A stretch of DNA of 64,000 bases from Dehalococcoidia bacterium (lineage in GTDB: Bacteria > Chloroflexota > Dehalococcoidia > SM23-28-2 > HRBIN24). Under the pieces are notes generated by a model that was given only the letters and a program-made list of their open reading frames with translations, was not told the origin of the DNA and did not search any database. Positions 50,292 to 60,339 of this stretch are shown piece by piece. The stretch is from NCBI GenBank assembly GCA_034435615.1, contig DAOTWZ010000032.1:24-64023 (forward strand), in the 5' to 3' direction. The position numbers and the translations under genes are program-made. Within the stretch, counting starts at the first letter, position 1. Each line of letters begins with the position of its first letter.

Positions 50292-51247
50292 TCCATGCCC
50301 TGAGCGTGGGAGCGATGGCCCTGTTAGTGGCGACCCTGGCGGGAGCACCTCTGGTGTCGGCCCTGAGGCGCGTCCGCCTGGGCAAGGCGATAAACCCCTG
50401 GGGACCCCGGTCCCACCAGGCCAAAGCGGGGACGCCCACCATGGGGGGAGTCCTCATCTGGGGCACTGCCCTCCTCTTCACCGCCGTGGAGCTGGCCCGC
50501 GAGCGGGCCCTGGGCGTTCCCCTGGGGGCGGTGCTGGCCCTGGCCTCCCTGGGCCTGGTGGACGACCTGGGCTCCCTGCAGGGCCAGCGCCAGTGGGCCC
50601 TCAACAAGCGGCTCAAGTTCGCCGTCTTCATCGTCCTGGGGCTGACGGTGGCCGCCGTCCTCCGCTGGCGACTGGGACACCGGGGCGTCCTCGTCCCCTT
50701 CGTGGGGGAGTTCGATCTGGGCCCCTGGTACCTGCTGGCGGCCACCGCCGTGCTGGTGCTGACGGTGGGCGGCGTGGCCGTCACCGATGGCCTGGACGGG
50801 CTGGCCGCCGGGACGGGGGCCATAGCCTATCTGGCATACGGAGGGATCGCCCTGGCCCAGGGACAGGAGGCGCTGGCGGCCTTCGCCTTCGCCATGGCGG
50901 GGGCGGCGCTGGCCTTCCTCTGGTACAACAGCTACCCGGCCCAGATGTTCATGGGGGACACGGGAGCGCTGGCCCTGGGCGGAGGGCTGGCCGTCCTGGC
51001 CCTGATGACGGACCAGTGGCTGGTGCTCCCCCTCATCGGCGTCGTCTTCCTGCTGGAGGGGGCCTCTGTCTACATCCAGGTGGCCTACTTCCGCCTGACC
51101 GGGGGAAGGCGCCTCTTCCGCATGGCGCCCCTGCACCACCACTTCGAGTCCCTCGGCTGGCCGGAGCCGAAGGTGGTGCAGCGCTTCTGGCTGCTGGGCG
51201 CCCTGGGGGCGCTGGTCGGGGTCATCCTGGCCCTGGAGGGGGCATGA
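50288..51247 (+). CDS. mraY: Phospho-N-acetylmuramoyl-pentapeptide transferase
   Basis: 10-TM protein with conserved KAGTPTMGG and DDxxD-like motifs. ATGA overlap with murF. Confidence 0.85.
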   Translation: MIHALSVGAMALLVATLAGAPLVSALRRVRLGKAINPWGPRSHQAKAGTPTMGGVLIWGTALLFTAVELARERALGVPLGAVLALASLGLVDDLGSLQGQRQWALNKRLKFAVFIVLGLTVAAVLRWRLGHRGVLVPFVGEFDLGPWYLLAATAVLVLTVGGVAVTDGLDGLAAGTGAIAYLAYGGIALAQGQEALAAFAFAMAGAALAFLWYNSYPAQMFMGDTGALALGGGLAVLALMTDQWLVLPLIGVVFLLEGASVYIQVAYFRLTGGRRLFRMAPLHHHFESLGWPEPKVVQRFWLLGALGALVGVILALEGA

Positions 51248-52644
51248 TGGACTTCCGCGGGCGACGGGTGACGGTGGTGGGCCTCGGCATCGAGGGGGTG
51301 GACATGGTCCGCTACCTGGTGGGCCGGGGCGCCCTCGTCACCGTCAGCGACGCCAAGCCGCCGGAGCGACTGGCAGAGCGCCTCCGCGAGATAGAGGGGC
51401 TGCCGGTGGCCCTCTCTCTGGGCGAGAACGATCCCGAAGTCATCGCCGGGGCGGATTACGTCTTCGTCTCGCAGGGGGTCCCCCTGGACCTGCCCGGCAT
51501 CGAGGCGGCGCGGCGCCGGGGCGTGCCTGTCCTCTCCATGCTGGCCCTCTTCCTTGAGCTCTGCCCCGGGCCGGTGGTTGGCATCACCGGTTCCAGCGGC
51601 AAGACCACCACCACCTCCCTGGTGGCGGAGGTCTTCCGGGCGGAGGGTCTGCCCCACTTCCTGGGGGGCAACATCGGCGTGGGGCTGCTGCAGCACCTGG
51701 CCGTCCTCCACCCCTATACCTGGGTTGTCCTGGAGGTGAGCCATACCCAGCTCCAGCTGGTGTGGCGCAGCCCCCACGTGGCGGCGGTGCTCAACATCAC
51801 GCCCAACCACCTGGACCGCTTCACCTGGGACGAGTACCGGGCCCTCAAGGCCAACATCCTGCGCTACCAGGGCCCGGGGGACTGGGCCGTCCTGGGCTAC
51901 GACGACGCCGAGGCGCGCGCTCTGGCCCCGCGGGTGCGGGGGCGCGTCCTCTTCTTCACCCTGGGGGACGAGCTGCCGGGCGACGGCGTGCTGGTCTCCC
52001 GCGGCCGGGCCGTCTGGCAGTGCGACGGGAGACGTGAGGCGCTCTTTCCCCTCTCCTCCGTGCGGCTGCGGGGGCGCCACAACCTCCAGAACGCCCTGGC
52101 GGCGGCGGCCATAGCGCGGGCCTGCGGCCTCAGCCCCCGCGCCATCGCCCGGGCGGTGGCCAGCTTCCGGGGCGTGGAGCACCGGCTGGAGCTGGTGGCT
52201 GTCATCGATGGCGTCGAGTATTACAACGACAGCATTGCCACCACCCCCGCCCGCACCCTGGCCGGCCTCCGCTGCTTCGAGCAACCTGTGGTGTTGCTCC
52301 TGGGCGGGCGGGAGAAGCACCTGCCGCTGGAGGAGCTGGCGCAGGAGGCCTGCCGGCGCTGCCGTGCCGTAGTCCTCTTCGGTGAGGCGGCGCCCAAGCT
52401 GGAGGCCGCCCTCCTGGAGGCGGCCGCCGTCCTGCCGGAGGGGGGAAGGCCGCCCCTGGTGCGCGTCGGGGGCCTGGCGGAGGCGGTGGAGGCAGCCCGC
52501 TCCCTGGCCCGACCGGGCGATGCTGTCCTCCTCTCTCCCGCCTGCGCCAGCTACGACGCCTACGACAACTTCGAGGAACGGGGCCGGCACTTCCGGCAAC
52601 TGGTGCTGGCCCTGGTGAAGGAGGGAGAGCCATCGCTCGCCTGA
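51244..52644 (+). CDS. murD: UDP-N-acetylmuramoylalanine--D-glutamate ligase
   Basis: VVGLGIEGVD Rossmann-like N-domain and GITGSSGKTTTT P-loop. ATGA overlap with mraY. Confidence 0.85.
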   Translation: MMDFRGRRVTVVGLGIEGVDMVRYLVGRGALVTVSDAKPPERLAERLREIEGLPVALSLGENDPEVIAGADYVFVSQGVPLDLPGIEAARRRGVPVLSMLALFLELCPGPVVGITGSSGKTTTTSLVAEVFRAEGLPHFLGGNIGVGLLQHLAVLHPYTWVVLEVSHTQLQLVWRSPHVAAVLNITPNHLDRFTWDEYRALKANILRYQGPGDWAVLGYDDAEARALAPRVRGRVLFFTLGDELPGDGVLVSRGRAVWQCDGRREALFPLSSVRLRGRHNLQNALAAAAIARACGLSPRAIARAVASFRGVEHRLELVAVIDGVEYYNDSIATTPARTLAGLRCFEQPVVLLLGGREKHLPLEELAQEACRRCRAVVLFGEAAPKLEAALLEAAAVLPEGGRPPLVRVGGLAEAVEAARSLARPGDAVLLSPACASYDAYDNFEERGRHFRQLVLALVKEGEPSLA

Positions 52645-52706
52645 GGGAGAGGGCGCCTCCCCAGTCGCCGGACTATCTGCTCCTGGCGCTGGTCATCACC
52701 CTGCTG

Positions 52707-53819
52707 GTGCTGGGACTGCTCTCCGTCTACAGCGCCAGCTTCGCTGTGGGCTACTTCGAGTACGGTAACGCCCACTACTTCATCTTCCGTCAGCTCGTCT
52801 TCGCCGGAGTGGGGCTGCTACTGATGCTGGGGCTGATGTGGGTGGACTACCGCCGCCTGAGGCGTCCCAGCGTCTTCTTCATCCTCCTGGCGCTGGCGCT
52901 CCTGGGGGCGGTGCTGCTGCCCGGGGTGGGGGTGGTGCGGAACGGGGCGGCCCGCTGGCTGAGCGTGGGGCCGGTCGAGGTCCAGCCCAGCGAGCTGGCC
53001 AAGCTGGCCGTCATCCTCTACATCTCCGCCTGGCTGGCCAGCCGCGGCCCCCAGGTGAAGCAGATGTCCCTGGGCTTCCTCCCCTTCGTCCTGATGGTGG
53101 GCCTGGTGGGGGGGCTGGTGGTAGTAGAGCCGGACATGGGGACGGCGGTCATCATAGTTCTGGTAGCCACCACCCTCTTCTTCATGGCGGGAGCGCCCAT
53201 CAGCCATCTGGCGATACTGCTGGTGGTGGGCTCCTTCCTCAGCTACCTCCTGGTTCTCACGCACGACTACCGGCTGGCCCGCATCACCGCCTACGTCTCC
53301 GCCGAGAACGACCCCCAGGGCACCGGCTTCCACGTGCTCCAGCTCCTGAACGCCCTGGGGAGCGGGGGACTCCTGGGCCTGGGGTGGGGGGCCAGCCGTC
53401 AGAAGTTCTTCTACATCCCGGGCGCCCACACCGATGGCGTCTTCGCTATCCTGGGGGAGGAGCTGGGCTTCGTGGGGGCGGTAGCCGTGATGCTGCTCTT
53501 CGTGGTGCTGCTAGCCCGGGGCCTGCGAATAGCCGCCCTGGCCCGTGACCGCTTCGGCCGCCTGTTGGCGGTGGGCATCACCTCCTGGATCGGCTACCAG
53601 GCCCTGATCAATGTAGGAGGGATGACTGGCGTCATCCCCCTCACGGGGGTGCCGCTACCCCTCTTCAGCTACGGCGGCTCGGCCCTGGTCTCCAACATGA
53701 TCGGGCTGGGCCTCCTCCTGAGCGTCTCCCGGTACATAGTGCCGCGGCCCGAGGCGGCGACATCGACATCGGCCAGCCCCTGGGGGCCCGCCGTCAGCCG
53801 AAGGAGGCTCTCGTCATGA
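52707..53819 (+). CDS. ftsW: SEDS-family peptidoglycan glycosyltransferase FtsW
   Basis: Conserved VYSAS, the PSELAKL-like motif, and C-terminal SYGGS. The conserved N-terminal segment (PDYLLLALVITLLV) is encoded in frame upstream of the GTG at 52707, but there is no ATG, GTG or TTG there. Confidence 0.8.
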   Translation: MLGLLSVYSASFAVGYFEYGNAHYFIFRQLVFAGVGLLLMLGLMWVDYRRLRRPSVFFILLALALLGAVLLPGVGVVRNGAARWLSVGPVEVQPSELAKLAVILYISAWLASRGPQVKQMSLGFLPFVLMVGLVGGLVVVEPDMGTAVIIVLVATTLFFMAGAPISHLAILLVVGSFLSYLLVLTHDYRLARITAYVSAENDPQGTGFHVLQLLNALGSGGLLGLGWGASRQKFFYIPGAHTDGVFAILGEELGFVGAVAVMLLFVVLLARGLRIAALARDRFGRLLAVGITSWIGYQALINVGGMTGVIPLTGVPLPLFSYGGSALVSNMIGLGLLLSVSRYIVPRPEAATSTSASPWGPAVSRRRLSS

Positions 53820-54922
53820 GGCTCGTCCTCTGTGGCGGCGGCACCGGCGGGCATGTCTATCCCGCTCTGAGCGTGGTGTGGGCCCTGGCACAGGAGGTGG
53901 CGGTGGACTCCTCCCTGGAGGTCCTCTACCTGGGACAGGCCAACGGCCTGGAAGGGGAGCTGGTGCGACGGGTAGGGCTGCCCTTCCAGTCGGTGCCGTC
54001 GGGTCCGGTGCGGGGGCGTCGCCTCTGGGAGCTGCCGGTGAGCCTGGCCAAGATCGGCCTCGGGACATGGCGGGCGGGCCGCCTCCTCAGGCAGTTCGGG
54101 GCGGATGCCGTCCTGGCCACGGGTGGCTACGCCAGCGTCCCTGTGGCCGTGGCGGCCCGTCTGCGGGGGGTGCCCCTGGTGGTCTTCCTGCCGGACGTCC
54201 TGCCCGGCTGGGCCATCCGCTTCATGGCCCGCCTGGCGACGCGGGTGGCCGTCTCCACGCCCGTGACTCCTCGCCGCCTCAGGAACGGCAGGACGGTGGT
54301 CACCGGCTACCCCGTCCGCCACGAATTCTGGCTGGCCGACCGCGCCGAGGGCCGGCGCCGCCTGGGGCTGGACATGGAGGAGAAGGTGCTGCTGGTCTCC
54401 GGCGCCTCCCAGGGCGCCCGCAGCATCAACGAGGCGGTGGCTGCCCACCTGCGGGGGCTCCTGGAGCTTTGCCAGGTAGTCCATCTCAGCGGCCGACGGG
54501 ACTTCGAATGGCTGCAGCGGGAGGCCCGGGCCCTGCCGTCTGCCCTTCAGGAGCGCTACCGCCTGTTCGACTATCTGCACGAGGAGCTGCCCTGGGCCAT
54601 GGCCGCCGCCGATCTGGCCCTCAGCCGCTCCGGCGCCTCCGTCCTGGGTGAGCTGCCGGCTGTGGGCCTCCCCGCTATCCTAGTCCCCTACCCCCACGCC
54701 GGCGGCCACCAGCGCCACAACGCCCTCTACCTCCAAGAAGAGGGGGCCGCCGTGGTGGTGGAAGACCGTGAGCTGATGGACCGTCTCCTGCCCCTGGTGG
54801 GAGAGCTCCTCAGCGACGAGCGACGGCTCCAGCGGATGGCCCAGGCGGCCCGCTCCCTGGCCCGGCCGGCGGCGGCCCGGGATATCGCCCGTCTTCTCCT
54901 GGAGGTGTCGGGAGGGCTATGA
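53816..54922 (+). CDS. murG: UDP-N-acetylglucosamine--N-acetylmuramyl-(pentapeptide) pyrophosphoryl-undecaprenol N-acetylglucosamine transferase
   Basis: GGGTGGHVYPAL motif. AAGGAGG RBS. ATGA overlap with ftsW. Confidence 0.85.
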   Translation: MRLVLCGGGTGGHVYPALSVVWALAQEVAVDSSLEVLYLGQANGLEGELVRRVGLPFQSVPSGPVRGRRLWELPVSLAKIGLGTWRAGRLLRQFGADAVLATGGYASVPVAVAARLRGVPLVVFLPDVLPGWAIRFMARLATRVAVSTPVTPRRLRNGRTVVTGYPVRHEFWLADRAEGRRRLGLDMEEKVLLVSGASQGARSINEAVAAHLRGLLELCQVVHLSGRRDFEWLQREARALPSALQERYRLFDYLHEELPWAMAAADLALSRSGASVLGELPAVGLPAILVPYPHAGGHQRHNALYLQEEGAAVVVEDRELMDRLLPLVGELLSDERRLQRMAQAARSLARPAAARDIARLLLEVSGGL

Positions 54923-56295
54923 CCGTGGAGCGGCTGCCGGAGAGCGTCCACCTGATGGGGGTGGGAGGCATCCACATGTCGGCCATCGCCGTGCTGCTGC
55001 GGGAGCGAGGCCACCGCGTCTCCGGCTGTGACCTCTACCCCTCCCCCCTCACCGCCCGCCTGGAGGGCATGGGCGTAACGTTTTACCAGGGCCACGCTCC
55101 CTTCCACCTGGACGAGGCGGGTCTCCTGGTCTACACCTCGGCCATCAGGCCCCACAACCCTGAGCTGGTGGCGGCCCGGGAGCGGGGCCTGCCGGCCCTG
55201 AAGCGGGCGGAGATGGTGGCGCTGCTGGGCGAGGGCAGAGAGGTCATCGCCGTGGCCGGCAGCCACGGCAAGACTACCACCACCTCCCTGGTGGCCTACA
55301 TCCTGTGGCGGGCCGGGCTCTCCCCCACCTTCCTCCTGGGGGGTGAGATGGTGGACCTGGGCACCAACGTCCAAGCCGGTCAGGGGCCCCACTTCGTCGT
55401 GGAGGCGGACGAGTACGACGCCGCCTTCCTCCACTATCGCCCCCGTTTGGCCATCGTCACCAACGTGGAGGCGGACCATCTGGACTACTACGGCTCCCTG
55501 GAACGGCTGCGGGAGGCCTTCGCCCACTTCGCCTCCCAGGTGCAGCCAGGGGGCTGGCTCCTCCTCTGGGGCGAGGACGAGGCGACGACCGCCCTGGCCG
55601 CGGCCGCCGCCCCTGGGGTGCGGGTGCTCCGCTACGGCCTGGAGGGGAACCAGGAACTGCACATACGTGACATAAAACGCGAAGACAACCAGTGGGTCTT
55701 CGACATAAGATACGGAGCTAGAGACCTGGGGCCTTTTCGCACCGTCCTGCCTGGCCTCCACAACGTTCGCAACTGCCTGGCGGCGATAGGGGCCAGCCTG
55801 GCCCTTGCCCTTCCCCTGGAGGTCGTGCGGGAGGCCGTGCAGGAGTTCCGGGGCGTCCGCCGACGCTTCGAACTGGTGGGCGAGGCCGGAGGGGTCACCA
55901 TCATGGACGATTACGCCCACCACCCGACGGAGATACGCGCCACCCTGGCCGCCGCCCGCCAGCGGTTCCCGGGGCGCCGGCTGGTCTGCCTCTTTCAGCC
56001 CCATACCTACACCAGGACGCAGTATCTGCTGGAGGGGTTCCGCACCTGCTTCCGGGGCGTGGACTGCCTCCTCATCGCCGAGACCTACGCCGCCCGCGAG
56101 GAGCCCTCGGCGGGGATGACGGCGGCCCAACTGGCCCGGGAGATAGAGTCGCCCCCGGCCCGCTACGCCGGCAGCCTGGAAGGGAGCGTCCAGGCCGTCC
56201 TGGATACCCTCCGCCCGGGCGACGTCTTCTTCACCATCGGCGCCGGGGACGTGGACCGGGTGGGTCGCCAGGTGCTGGAGGCGCTGCGGGGATGA
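54919..56295 (+). CDS. murC: UDP-N-acetylmuramate--L-alanine ligase
   Basis: HLMGVGGIHMSAIA and GSHGKTTTTS motifs. Confidence 0.85.
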   Translation: MTVERLPESVHLMGVGGIHMSAIAVLLRERGHRVSGCDLYPSPLTARLEGMGVTFYQGHAPFHLDEAGLLVYTSAIRPHNPELVAARERGLPALKRAEMVALLGEGREVIAVAGSHGKTTTTSLVAYILWRAGLSPTFLLGGEMVDLGTNVQAGQGPHFVVEADEYDAAFLHYRPRLAIVTNVEADHLDYYGSLERLREAFAHFASQVQPGGWLLLWGEDEATTALAAAAAPGVRVLRYGLEGNQELHIRDIKREDNQWVFDIRYGARDLGPFRTVLPGLHNVRNCLAAIGASLALALPLEVVREAVQEFRGVRRRFELVGEAGGVTIMDDYAHHPTEIRATLAAARQRFPGRRLVCLFQPHTYTRTQYLLEGFRTCFRGVDCLLIAETYAAREEPSAGMTAAQLAREIESPPARYAGSLEGSVQAVLDTLRPGDVFFTIGAGDVDRVGRQVLEALRG

Positions 56296-57215
56296 TAACG
56301 CGGGAGCTCCTGGAGGAGCTGCGGGCGCTGGCCCCCCTGCGCTTCATGGAGCCCCTGTCTCGCCACACCACCTGGGGCATCGGCGGCCCCGCCGATGTCT
56401 ACGTGGTGGCGGAGACGGCCCTCCAGCTGGCCCAGATAGTGGCGGTGGCCCACCGCCACGGCGTGCCCCTCTTCGTGCTGGGCGCTGGCTCCAACATCCT
56501 GGTGGGGGACGAGGGGATACGGGGCCTGGTGGTGGAGAACCGGGCGATGGCGCAGGAGGGGCCGCAGCGCCGCAACGGCCACCTGCTGTTACGGGTGGAG
56601 AGCGGCGCCAGCTTCGCCTCCCTGGCCCGTCGCCTCTCCTTCGCCGGCTGCGCTGGCCTGGAGTGGGCCACCGGCATCCCCGGCACCCTGGGCGGCGCCG
56701 TAGTCTACAACGCTGGCGCCTACGGTGGCTGCCTGCGGGACGTCCTGGTGCGGGCCACCCTCTGCGATGGTGAGGGCCGCATCTTCGACCTGGGGCCGGA
56801 GGAGCTGGCCCTGGACTATCGTGGCAGCGTCCTCACCAGGGGCATCGTGCGGGGGCTGACAGTGCTGTCGGTGGAGCTCCGCCTCTGGGAGGGGGACGCC
56901 GATGCCCTCCGTCAGCGAGTGCGGGCGCTGGACGCCCGGCGACGGGCGGCCCAGCCGGCGGGGCGCAACGCCGGCTCCGTCTTCAAGAACCCCGTGGAGA
57001 AGCCGGCCTGGTGGCTCATAGACCAGGTGGGGCTGCGCGGCCACCGCATCGGCGATGCCCAGATATCGCAGAAGCACGCCAACTTCATCCTCAACCTGGG
57101 GCAGGCCCGCGCCGCCGATGTCAAGGCCCTCATAGACCTGGCCCGGGAGAGGGTGCGAGAGCGCTTCGGCATCGAGCTGGAGCTGGAGGTGGGTCTGGTG
57201 GGGGAGGGCTTCTGA
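56292..57215 (+). CDS. murB: UDP-N-acetylenolpyruvoylglucosamine reductase
   Basis: FAD-binding domain (GGPADVYV...GAGSNILV) and C-terminal MurB domain. Overlapping start and stop with the flanking genes. Confidence 0.85.
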   Translation: MITRELLEELRALAPLRFMEPLSRHTTWGIGGPADVYVVAETALQLAQIVAVAHRHGVPLFVLGAGSNILVGDEGIRGLVVENRAMAQEGPQRRNGHLLLRVESGASFASLARRLSFAGCAGLEWATGIPGTLGGAVVYNAGAYGGCLRDVLVRATLCDGEGRIFDLGPEELALDYRGSVLTRGIVRGLTVLSVELRLWEGDADALRQRVRALDARRRAAQPAGRNAGSVFKNPVEKPAWWLIDQVGLRGHRIGDAQISQKHANFILNLGQARAADVKALIDLARERVRERFGIELELEVGLVGEGF

Positions 57216-58303
57216 TGACCAGGGAGAGGCTGCGGGTGGCCGTCCTCTTCGGCGGTCGCTCGGCCGAGCACGAGGTCTCGGTGGTCTCCGCCCAGGGGGT
57301 GCTGGGGGCCATGGATCGGAAGCGCTTCCAGCCCGTCCCCTTCGGCGTCACCCGGGAGGGGGTGTGGCTCACCCCCCAGGAGACGGAGGAGGCGCTGCGG
57401 GCCGTCCCTCTCAACAGCTACCGTCCCCTCCCCTCCCTGGAGGTGGAGGGCCCACCGCTGCGTCCCCAGGTGCTGTCCACTCTGGCGGAGGCAGACGTGG
57501 TCTTCCCCCTCATCCACGGCCCCCATGGCGAGGACGGCACCGTGCAGGGGATGCTGGAGCTGCTGGGGACGCCCTACGTGGGGGCCGGCGTGGCCGCCAG
57601 CGCCGTGGGGATGGACAAGGCCCTGATGAAGGCCGTCTTCCGGCAGGCAGGGCTGCCCACCGCCCGCTTCATCGTCGTCACCGTCGCCGAGTGGGCCCGC
57701 CTCCCGGCCAGAGTGGAGGGGCGGGTGGCCAGCGAGATAGGTTTCCCTTGCTTCGTCAAGCCGGCCAACCTGGGCTCCAGCGTGGGGGTGAGCCGCGTGG
57801 AGGGCCCGGCCGCCCTGCCCGATGCCCTGCGCGAGGCCTTTCTCTATGACCGCAAGGCGCTGGTGGAGGGGGCCATAGCGGGGCGGGAGATAGAGGTGGC
57901 GGTGCTGGGGAACGATGACCCCATCGCCTCGCCGCCGGGCGAGATAGTGCCCCACCGTCAGTTCTACGACTACCGCGCCAAGTACCTGGAGGAAGGGACG
58001 CGGCTGGTGGCCCCCGTCCCCCTGCCCGGCCCGGTGACGGAGCGGCTGCAGGCTATGGCCATCGCCGCCTACAAGGCCATCGACTGCGCCGGCATGGCCC
58101 GGGTGGACTTCTTCCTGGTGGGGGAGGAGCCCATCGTCAGCGAGATCAACACCATACCTGGCTTCACGCCCATCAGCATGTACCCCAAGCTGTGGGAAGC
58201 GGCCGGCATCACCTACGGCGAGCTCATCACCCGGCTGATAGAGCTGGCCCTGGAGCGGCACCGTGAGAAGAAGGGGCTTATTTGGACACCGCAGGTCGAA
58301 TAA
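57215..58303 (+). CDS. ddl: D-alanine--D-alanine ligase
   Basis: RVAVLFGGRSAEHEVS N-terminus and the ATP-grasp domain. 362 aa. Confidence 0.85.
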   Translation: MTRERLRVAVLFGGRSAEHEVSVVSAQGVLGAMDRKRFQPVPFGVTREGVWLTPQETEEALRAVPLNSYRPLPSLEVEGPPLRPQVLSTLAEADVVFPLIHGPHGEDGTVQGMLELLGTPYVGAGVAASAVGMDKALMKAVFRQAGLPTARFIVVTVAEWARLPARVEGRVASEIGFPCFVKPANLGSSVGVSRVEGPAALPDALREAFLYDRKALVEGAIAGREIEVAVLGNDDPIASPPGEIVPHRQFYDYRAKYLEEGTRLVAPVPLPGPVTERLQAMAIAAYKAIDCAGMARVDFFLVGEEPIVSEINTIPGFTPISMYPKLWEAAGITYGELITRLIELALERHREKKGLIWTPQVE

Positions 58304-59060
58304 GGTGCGCGTCCTGCGGGGGCGCCTGATCCTGGGGGAGCGGGAGGAGCGGCTGGCCCGGCTGGCCCGGCGCCGGCGGCTCCTCTGGGCGGGGGGCGGC
58401 CTCATGGCCCTGGCCGCCCTCTGCGGCCTCTACTTCTCGCCTCTCTTCCGGGTGCAGGCGGTGGAGGTGGTGGGAGCGCAGCACCTCTCCGCCCCCGAGC
58501 TGCAGACGCTGTCCGGGCTGGAGGGGAAGAGCATGCTGGGACTGCCCCTGGACCAGGCAGAACAGCGCATCGCCTCTCTCAACCTGGTGCAGAGCGTCCA
58601 GGCGGAGCGCCTCTTCCCCAACCGTGTCCGTCTGCGGGTGCAGGAGCGGGTGCCCTGGGGCTACTGGCAGCGGGGCGATGCCCGCTACGTCATCGACTCC
58701 GAAGGGGTGGTCCTGGAGGGGGTATCACCGGCCCGGGACGCCCCGACTATAATTGATACAACTTCTTCCGAAGCGCTGACGCCAGGTCAACGGGTGCCGG
58801 CCGCGCCCATGGCGCTGGCGCGGGAGATTTCCAAGCAGGCCCCGGGCCTCCTGGGTGTGCGGGTCGTCCGTTTCGAGTACAGCATCCAGGAGGGGCTGGC
58901 CCTGGAGACCGATGCTGGCTATCGGGTGGTGGTAGGAGACGGCCAGGGGCTGGAGTACAAGCTGGCCGTCTGGGAGGCGGTGCAGAAGGCCCTGGGTGCC
59001 CAGTCCCTTCCCGGGCGCGTCCTCGACCTGCGGTTCGGGGACCGGCCTGCCCTACGCTGA
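58263..59060 (+). CDS. ftsQ: Cell division protein FtsQ/DivIB (POTRA domain)
   Basis: Single TM then POTRA (FRVQAVEVVGAQHLSAPEL). The in-frame GTG at 58305 is an alternative start that avoids a 41-nt overlap with ddl. Confidence 0.65.
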   Translation: MRRRGLFGHRRSNKVRVLRGRLILGEREERLARLARRRRLLWAGGGLMALAALCGLYFSPLFRVQAVEVVGAQHLSAPELQTLSGLEGKSMLGLPLDQAEQRIASLNLVQSVQAERLFPNRVRLRVQERVPWGYWQRGDARYVIDSEGVVLEGVSPARDAPTIIDTTSSEALTPGQRVPAAPMALAREISKQAPGLLGVRVVRFEYSIQEGLALETDAGYRVVVGDGQGLEYKLAVWEAVQKALGAQSLPGRVLDLRFGDRPALR

Positions 59061-59075
59061 AAGGAGGCGGCCGCC

Positions 59076-60329
59076 GTGAGAAGGGGCAACATGCTGGGAG
59101 CGATAGACATCGGGAGCAGCAAGGTCTGCACCCTCCTGGCCGAGGTCACCCCTGAGGGTGAGCTGCGTCTGCTGGGCGTGGGGGTGGCCAGCTCCCAGGG
59201 CATCCGCAAGGGGCTGGTGGAGAACATCAAGAGCACCACGGAGGCCATCGTCGCCTCGGTGGAGCGGGCGGAGCGGGCCAGCGGCAGTCGCCTCAGCTCC
59301 GCATACGTCAGCATAAGCGGCAATCACCTGCACTCCCTCAATCACCGCGGGGTGGCCACCCTAACCGGGGGACGTCGCTCCATCCGCGCCGATGATATCC
59401 AGCGGGCGCTGGAGGACGCCCAGGCGGTGAGCCTCCCCACCAACCGGGAGATCATCCACGTCATACCGCGTTCCTTCATCCTGGACGGCCAGGACCCGGT
59501 GACGGACCCCATAGGCATGTACGGCCAGCGACTGGACGTGGAGGTGCACCTGGTCACAGGCTCCGTCACCGCCATCCAGAACCTGAGCCGCTGCCTGGAG
59601 GAGGCGGGCGTTCAGGTGGAGGGGTTGGTGGCCTGCCCTCTGGCCGCCGCCGAGGCCGTCCTGGAGGAGGAGGAGAAGCGCCAGGGCGTGGTGGTGGTGG
59701 ACATAGGCGGGGGCACCACGGACCTGGCCGTGTTCGTGGACGGGAGCCCTTACCACACCGCCAGCCTGCCGGTGGGCGGCTATCACTTCACCCATGACTT
59801 GGTGCTGGGGCTACGTATACCCTTTTCAGTGGCCGAGGAGACCAAGCTCCGCTACGGTGCCGTCCACCCCAGCCGCATCAACGGAGAGGAGTCCCTGGAC
59901 CTGGAGTCCTTCGGGGGGCAACGGGTGAAGTCCGTGCCGCGCCGGCGTCTGGTGGAGATACTGCAGGCCCGGGCCGAGGAGATCCTGGAGATGGTATACC
60001 TGGAGGTGAGGCGGGCCGGCTTCGACGATATGATCGCCGCTGGGCTGGTCCTCACCGGCGGTACGGCCAGCCTCCCCGGCCTGGACGAGCTGGCGGAGCA
60101 GCTCCTGCGGGTGCCGGTGCGCATCGGCCTGCCCAAAGGGGTGTACGGGCTGGCGGACGCCGTGAGCGGCCCCGCCTTCGCCGCCAGCGTGGGGCTCCTG
60201 CGCTGGGCCGCCTACACCGATGGCGGCTTCGAGGGGGAGGCACCCCGGGGCGGCCGGCGGGCCTTCGCCGCCGGCGGCACCCTCTGGGAGAGACTGCAGC
60301 GGTGGCTCAAGATGCTCATTCCCCAGTAG
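59076..60329 (+). CDS. ftsA: Cell division protein FtsA
   Basis: Actin-fold motifs ([18 protein letters not shown]). GTG at 59076 lies 8 nt after a perfect AAGGAGG. The ATG at 59091 is an alternative. Confidence 0.8.
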   Translation: MRRGNMLGAIDIGSSKVCTLLAEVTPEGELRLLGVGVASSQGIRKGLVENIKSTTEAIVASVERAERASGSRLSSAYVSISGNHLHSLNHRGVATLTGGRRSIRADDIQRALEDAQAVSLPTNREIIHVIPRSFILDGQDPVTDPIGMYGQRLDVEVHLVTGSVTAIQNLSRCLEEAGVQVEGLVACPLAAAEAVLEEEEKRQGVVVVDIGGGTTDLAVFVDGSPYHTASLPVGGYHFTHDLVLGLRIPFSVAEETKLRYGAVHPSRINGEESLDLESFGGQRVKSVPRRRLVEILQARAEEILEMVYLEVRRAGFDDMIAAGLVLTGGTASLPGLDELAEQLLRVPVRIGLPKGVYGLADAVSGPAFAASVGLLRWAAYTDGGFEGEAPRGGRRAFAAGGTLWERLQRWLKMLIPQ

Positions 60330-60339
60330 GAGGCGAGCA

